A stretch of DNA of 64,000 nucleotides from Rebecca billardiae RCC1528 (taxonomy: Eukaryota; Protista; Haptophyta). Within the stretch, counting starts at the first letter, position 1. Every line of letters starts with the position of its first letter. The stretch lies in assembly GCA_965240325.2 (NCBI GenBank), contig OZ251242.1, positions 1,430,096 to 1,494,095 on the forward strand, given 5' to 3'. Both the position numbers and the translations under genes were made by a program. Below, piece by piece: positions 61,076 to 64,000 of this stretch. The notes below the pieces were generated by a model that was not told the DNA's origin, ran no database searches, and saw only the letters and a list, made by a program, of their open reading frames with translations.

Positions 61076-62094
61076 CCCTTGCGGTTAGCGTGTGCATAGC
61101 TGTGCATGCGGCTGCGACCGCCGCGGCACGGCGCTCGCTGCTCGGGGAGCAGGCGCGCGGGCGGGTGCACGGCGGGCGCCGGGCGACGCGTCTTCGCTGC
61201 GGCGCACGCCACGTCAGCCCGTGCGCGACCGCGTGCGCCTGCCGTCGCGCGAGCGGGCGCGGGCGGAGCGGCGAAGGCGCCGCTCGCGCCCGGAGGCGAT
61301 GCCGCCATCGCTCTTTCTACCGGGCTGGCGGCCGCTGACGAAACGAATCCGTGTGGTACTGTGGTCGTCCGGGCTTTCGTCTTTCCGCGGCCGCGGAGCA
61401 GGCAGCATGGCTGCCGAGGCGGCGGTTGGCACGTGCTTTTTGTCGTTGGCGCTCACGGCACGCTCACTGCGGCGTGGCGGCGTGCGGCGCGAGCGCGTGC
61501 TCTCACAGCCGGCGAGTCGCGCGCTGCACCGCTGGTCGAGACCGCGAGTGCCGCAGACAAAGAGTGCCGCCGCTGAGCGCGCGGCCCGCGGCGGCGGTGC
61601 TTCCGGCTCGCCGCCGGCGCGCGCCGGCGGCGAGCACGCAGGGCTCGGCGCGCGCGCCGTGCGGTGCCACGCGTGGCGTCCTGTGCCGTGCGGCGCGCGC
61701 GAGCAGCGCCGCACAGCGCGTCACCTGCAGCTGCCGCAGACGATGGAGACGAAAAGGACGCCTGCGCAGCCGAGGCGCGCGGCTCGAGCGACGCGCGCTC
61801 GCATGACCGGGCGCGAAGTGGGCAGCACAGCCGCGCGAGTGCCGCCGAGCGCAGCAACGGCGCCCTTCCGGTTCGCCGGCGCAAGCGCAGAAGACGCAGG
61901 TGAGTGCCAAGCGCCGGCCTCATTGGCGTGCTGTGTGCATCGGCTGCTCACATCGTTGCGGTACTCATCCCTTCCCACAATGGCAATGCGACGCCTCTGG
62001 TTGGACGGTTCAAATTCGACGAGGAAAATCTAGGGCGCAGCCCGGGCGCAGTCCGGGTGCGGGACGGGCAGCGGGGCGCGGCAGAAGGAGTGGC

Positions 62095-62886
62095 GGGTTG
62101 TGAGGGCGTAGGGTTGGGGCGTAGGGTTGGTTGTGAGGGCGTAGGGTTGGTTGTGAGGGCGTAGGGTTGGTTGTGAGGGCGTAGGGTTGGTTGTGAGGGC
62201 GTAGGGTTGGTTGTGAGGGCGTAGGGTTGGTTGTGAGGGCGTAGGGTTGGTTGTGAGGGCGTAGGGTTGGTTGTGAGGGCGTAGGGTTGGTTGTGAGGGC
62301 GTAGGGTTGGTTGTGAGGGCGTAGGGTTGGTTGTGAGGGCGTAGGGTTGGTTGTGAGGGCGTAGGGTTGGTTGTGAGGGCGTAGGGTTGGTTGTGAGGGC
62401 GTAGGGTTGGTTGTGAGGGCGTAGGGTTGGTTGTGAGGGCGTAGGGTTGGTTGTGAGGGCGTAGGGTTGGTTGTGAGGGCGTAGGGTTGGTTGTGAGGGC
62501 GTAGGGTTGGTTGTGAGGGCGTAGGGTTGGTTGTGAGGGCGTAGGGTTGGTTGTGAGGGCGTAGGGTTGGTTGTGAGGGCGTAGGGTTGGTTGTGAGGGC
62601 GTAGGGTTGGTTGTGAGGGCGTAGGGTTGGTTGTGAGGGCGTAGGGTTGGTTGTGAGGGCGTAGGGTTGGTTGTGAGGGCGTAGGGTTGGTTGTGAGGGC
62701 GTAGGGTTGGTTGTGAGGGCGTAGGGTTGGTTGTGAGGGCGTAGGGTTGGTTGTGAGGGCGTAGGGTTGGTTGTGAGGGCGTAGGGTTGGTTGTGAGGGC
62801 GTAGGGTTGGTTGTGAGGGCGTAGGGTTGGTTGTGAGGGCGTAGGGTTGGTTGTGAGGGCGTAGGGTTGGTTGTGAGGGCGTAGGG
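62095..62886 (+). repeat. Telomere-proximal 20-bp repeat array (GTAGGGTTGGTTGTGAGGGC) x38
   Basis: 38 identical copies at 62121-62880, with partial copies on either side. Confidence 0.97.
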
Positions 62887-63374
62887 TTGGTTGTGAGGGC
62901 GTAGGGTTAGGGTTAGGGTTAGGGTTAGGGTTAGGGTTAGGGTTAGGGTTAGGGTTAGGGTTAGGGTTAGGGTTAGGGTTAGGGTTAGGGTTAGGGTTAG
63001 GGTTAGGGTTAGGGTTAGGGTTAGGGTTAGGGTTAGGGTTAGGGTTAGGGTTAGGGTTAGGGTTAGGGTTAGGGTTAGGGTTAGGGTTAGGGTTAGGGTT
63101 AGGGTTAGGGTTAGGGTTAGGGTTAGGGTTAGGGTTAGGGTTAGGGTTAGGGTTAGGGTTAGGGTTAGGGTTAGGGTTAGGGTTAGGGTTAGGGTTAGGG
63201 TTAGGGTTAGGGTTAGGGTTAGGGTTAGGGTTAGGGTTAGGGTTAGGGTTAGGGTTAGGGTTAGGGTTAGGGTTAGGGTTAGGGTTAGGGTTAGGGTTAG
63301 GGTTAGGGTTAGGGTTAGGGTTAGGGTTAGGGTTAGGGTTAGGGTTAGGGTTAGGGTTAGGGTTAGGGTTAGGG

Positions 63375-63415
<41 letters not shown>

Positions 63416-63684
63416 GGTTAGGGTTAGGGTTAGGGTTAGGGTTAGGGTTAGGGTTAGGGTTAGGGTTAGGGTTAGGGTTAGGGTTAGGGTTAGGGTTAGG
63501 GTTAGGGTTAGGGTTAGGGTTAGGGTTAGGGTTAGGGTTAGGGTTAGGGTTAGGGTTAGGGTTAGGGTTAGGGTTAGGGTTAGGGTTAGGGTTAGGGTTA
63601 GGGTTAGGGTTAGGGTTAGGGTTAGGGGTTAGGGTTAGGGGTTAGGGTTAGGGTTAGGGGTTAGGGTTAGGGTTAGGGTTAGGG

Positions 63685-63725
<41 letters not shown>

Positions 63726-63953
63726 GGTTAGGGTTAGGGTTAGGGTTAGGGTTAGGGTTAGGGTTAGGGTTAGGGTTAGGGTTAGGGGTTAGGGTTAGGG
63801 TTAGGGTTAGGGTTAGGGTTAGGGTTAGGGTTAGGGTTAGGGTTAGGGTTAGGGTTAGGGTTAGGGTTAGGGTTAGGGTTAGGGTTAGGGTTAGGGAGGT
63901 AGGGTTAGGGTTAGGGGTTAGGGTTAGGGTTAGGGTTAGGTTAGGGTTAGGGT

Positions 63954-63984
<31 letters not shown>
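62887..63984 (+). repeat. Telomere, (TTAGGG)n, about 1.1 kb
   Basis: About 180 hexamers, G-rich strand running toward the sequence end. Sporadic distal TTTAGGG/TTAGGGG variants. Confidence 0.98.
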
Positions 63985-63985
<1 letters not shown>

Positions 63986-64000
63986 AGAGGGGGTTGGACT

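Noticed and set aside
63390-64000. TTTAGGG/TTAGGGG variants and the terminal non-repeat bases as biological telomere variants
   Set aside because: They are sporadic and concentrated at the low-coverage distal end, so homopolymer or sequencing error is the more likely cause.

Overview
Right arm end of a eukaryotic chromosome, very GC-rich (visually about 70-75% in genes). Introns are spliceosomal and mostly start GTGCGC, and the window ends in a (TTAGGG)n telomere. Plastid-type proteins carrying ER signal peptides suggest an alga with a secondary plastid. The composition resembles a pavlovophycean haptophyte such as Diacronema/Pavlova, which is inference only. Bases 1-51 kb are gene-dense with about 24 genes, many in tight head-to-head pairs: PDS5, a C2HC zinc-finger protein, an F-box protein, two divergent secreted RTX-repeat paralogues, an SGF29-like Tudor/polyQ protein, a Cys-rich membrane protein, a formaldehyde dehydrogenase::S-formylglutathione hydrolase fusion, PsbP-like, STEEP1/UPF0235, a TPK K+ channel, SmE, DUF3119, an FCP1-like phosphatase, three 2OG-Fe(II) dioxygenases, a PPR protein, an NAA60-like GNAT, a TPR-like protein and a hybrid histidine kinase. 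Two inverted copies of a ~1.6-kb non-coding element have Helitron2/Helentron-type ends. Bases 51-64 kb are subtelomere: shuffled duplications, gene relics, a 186-bp satellite with a 558-bp higher-order period, 38 perfect copies of a 20-bp telomere-like repeat, then ~1.1 kb of TTAGGG. Most long ORFs in the supplied track are GC-bias shadow frames. Exon models were read by eye and are not transcript-verified.
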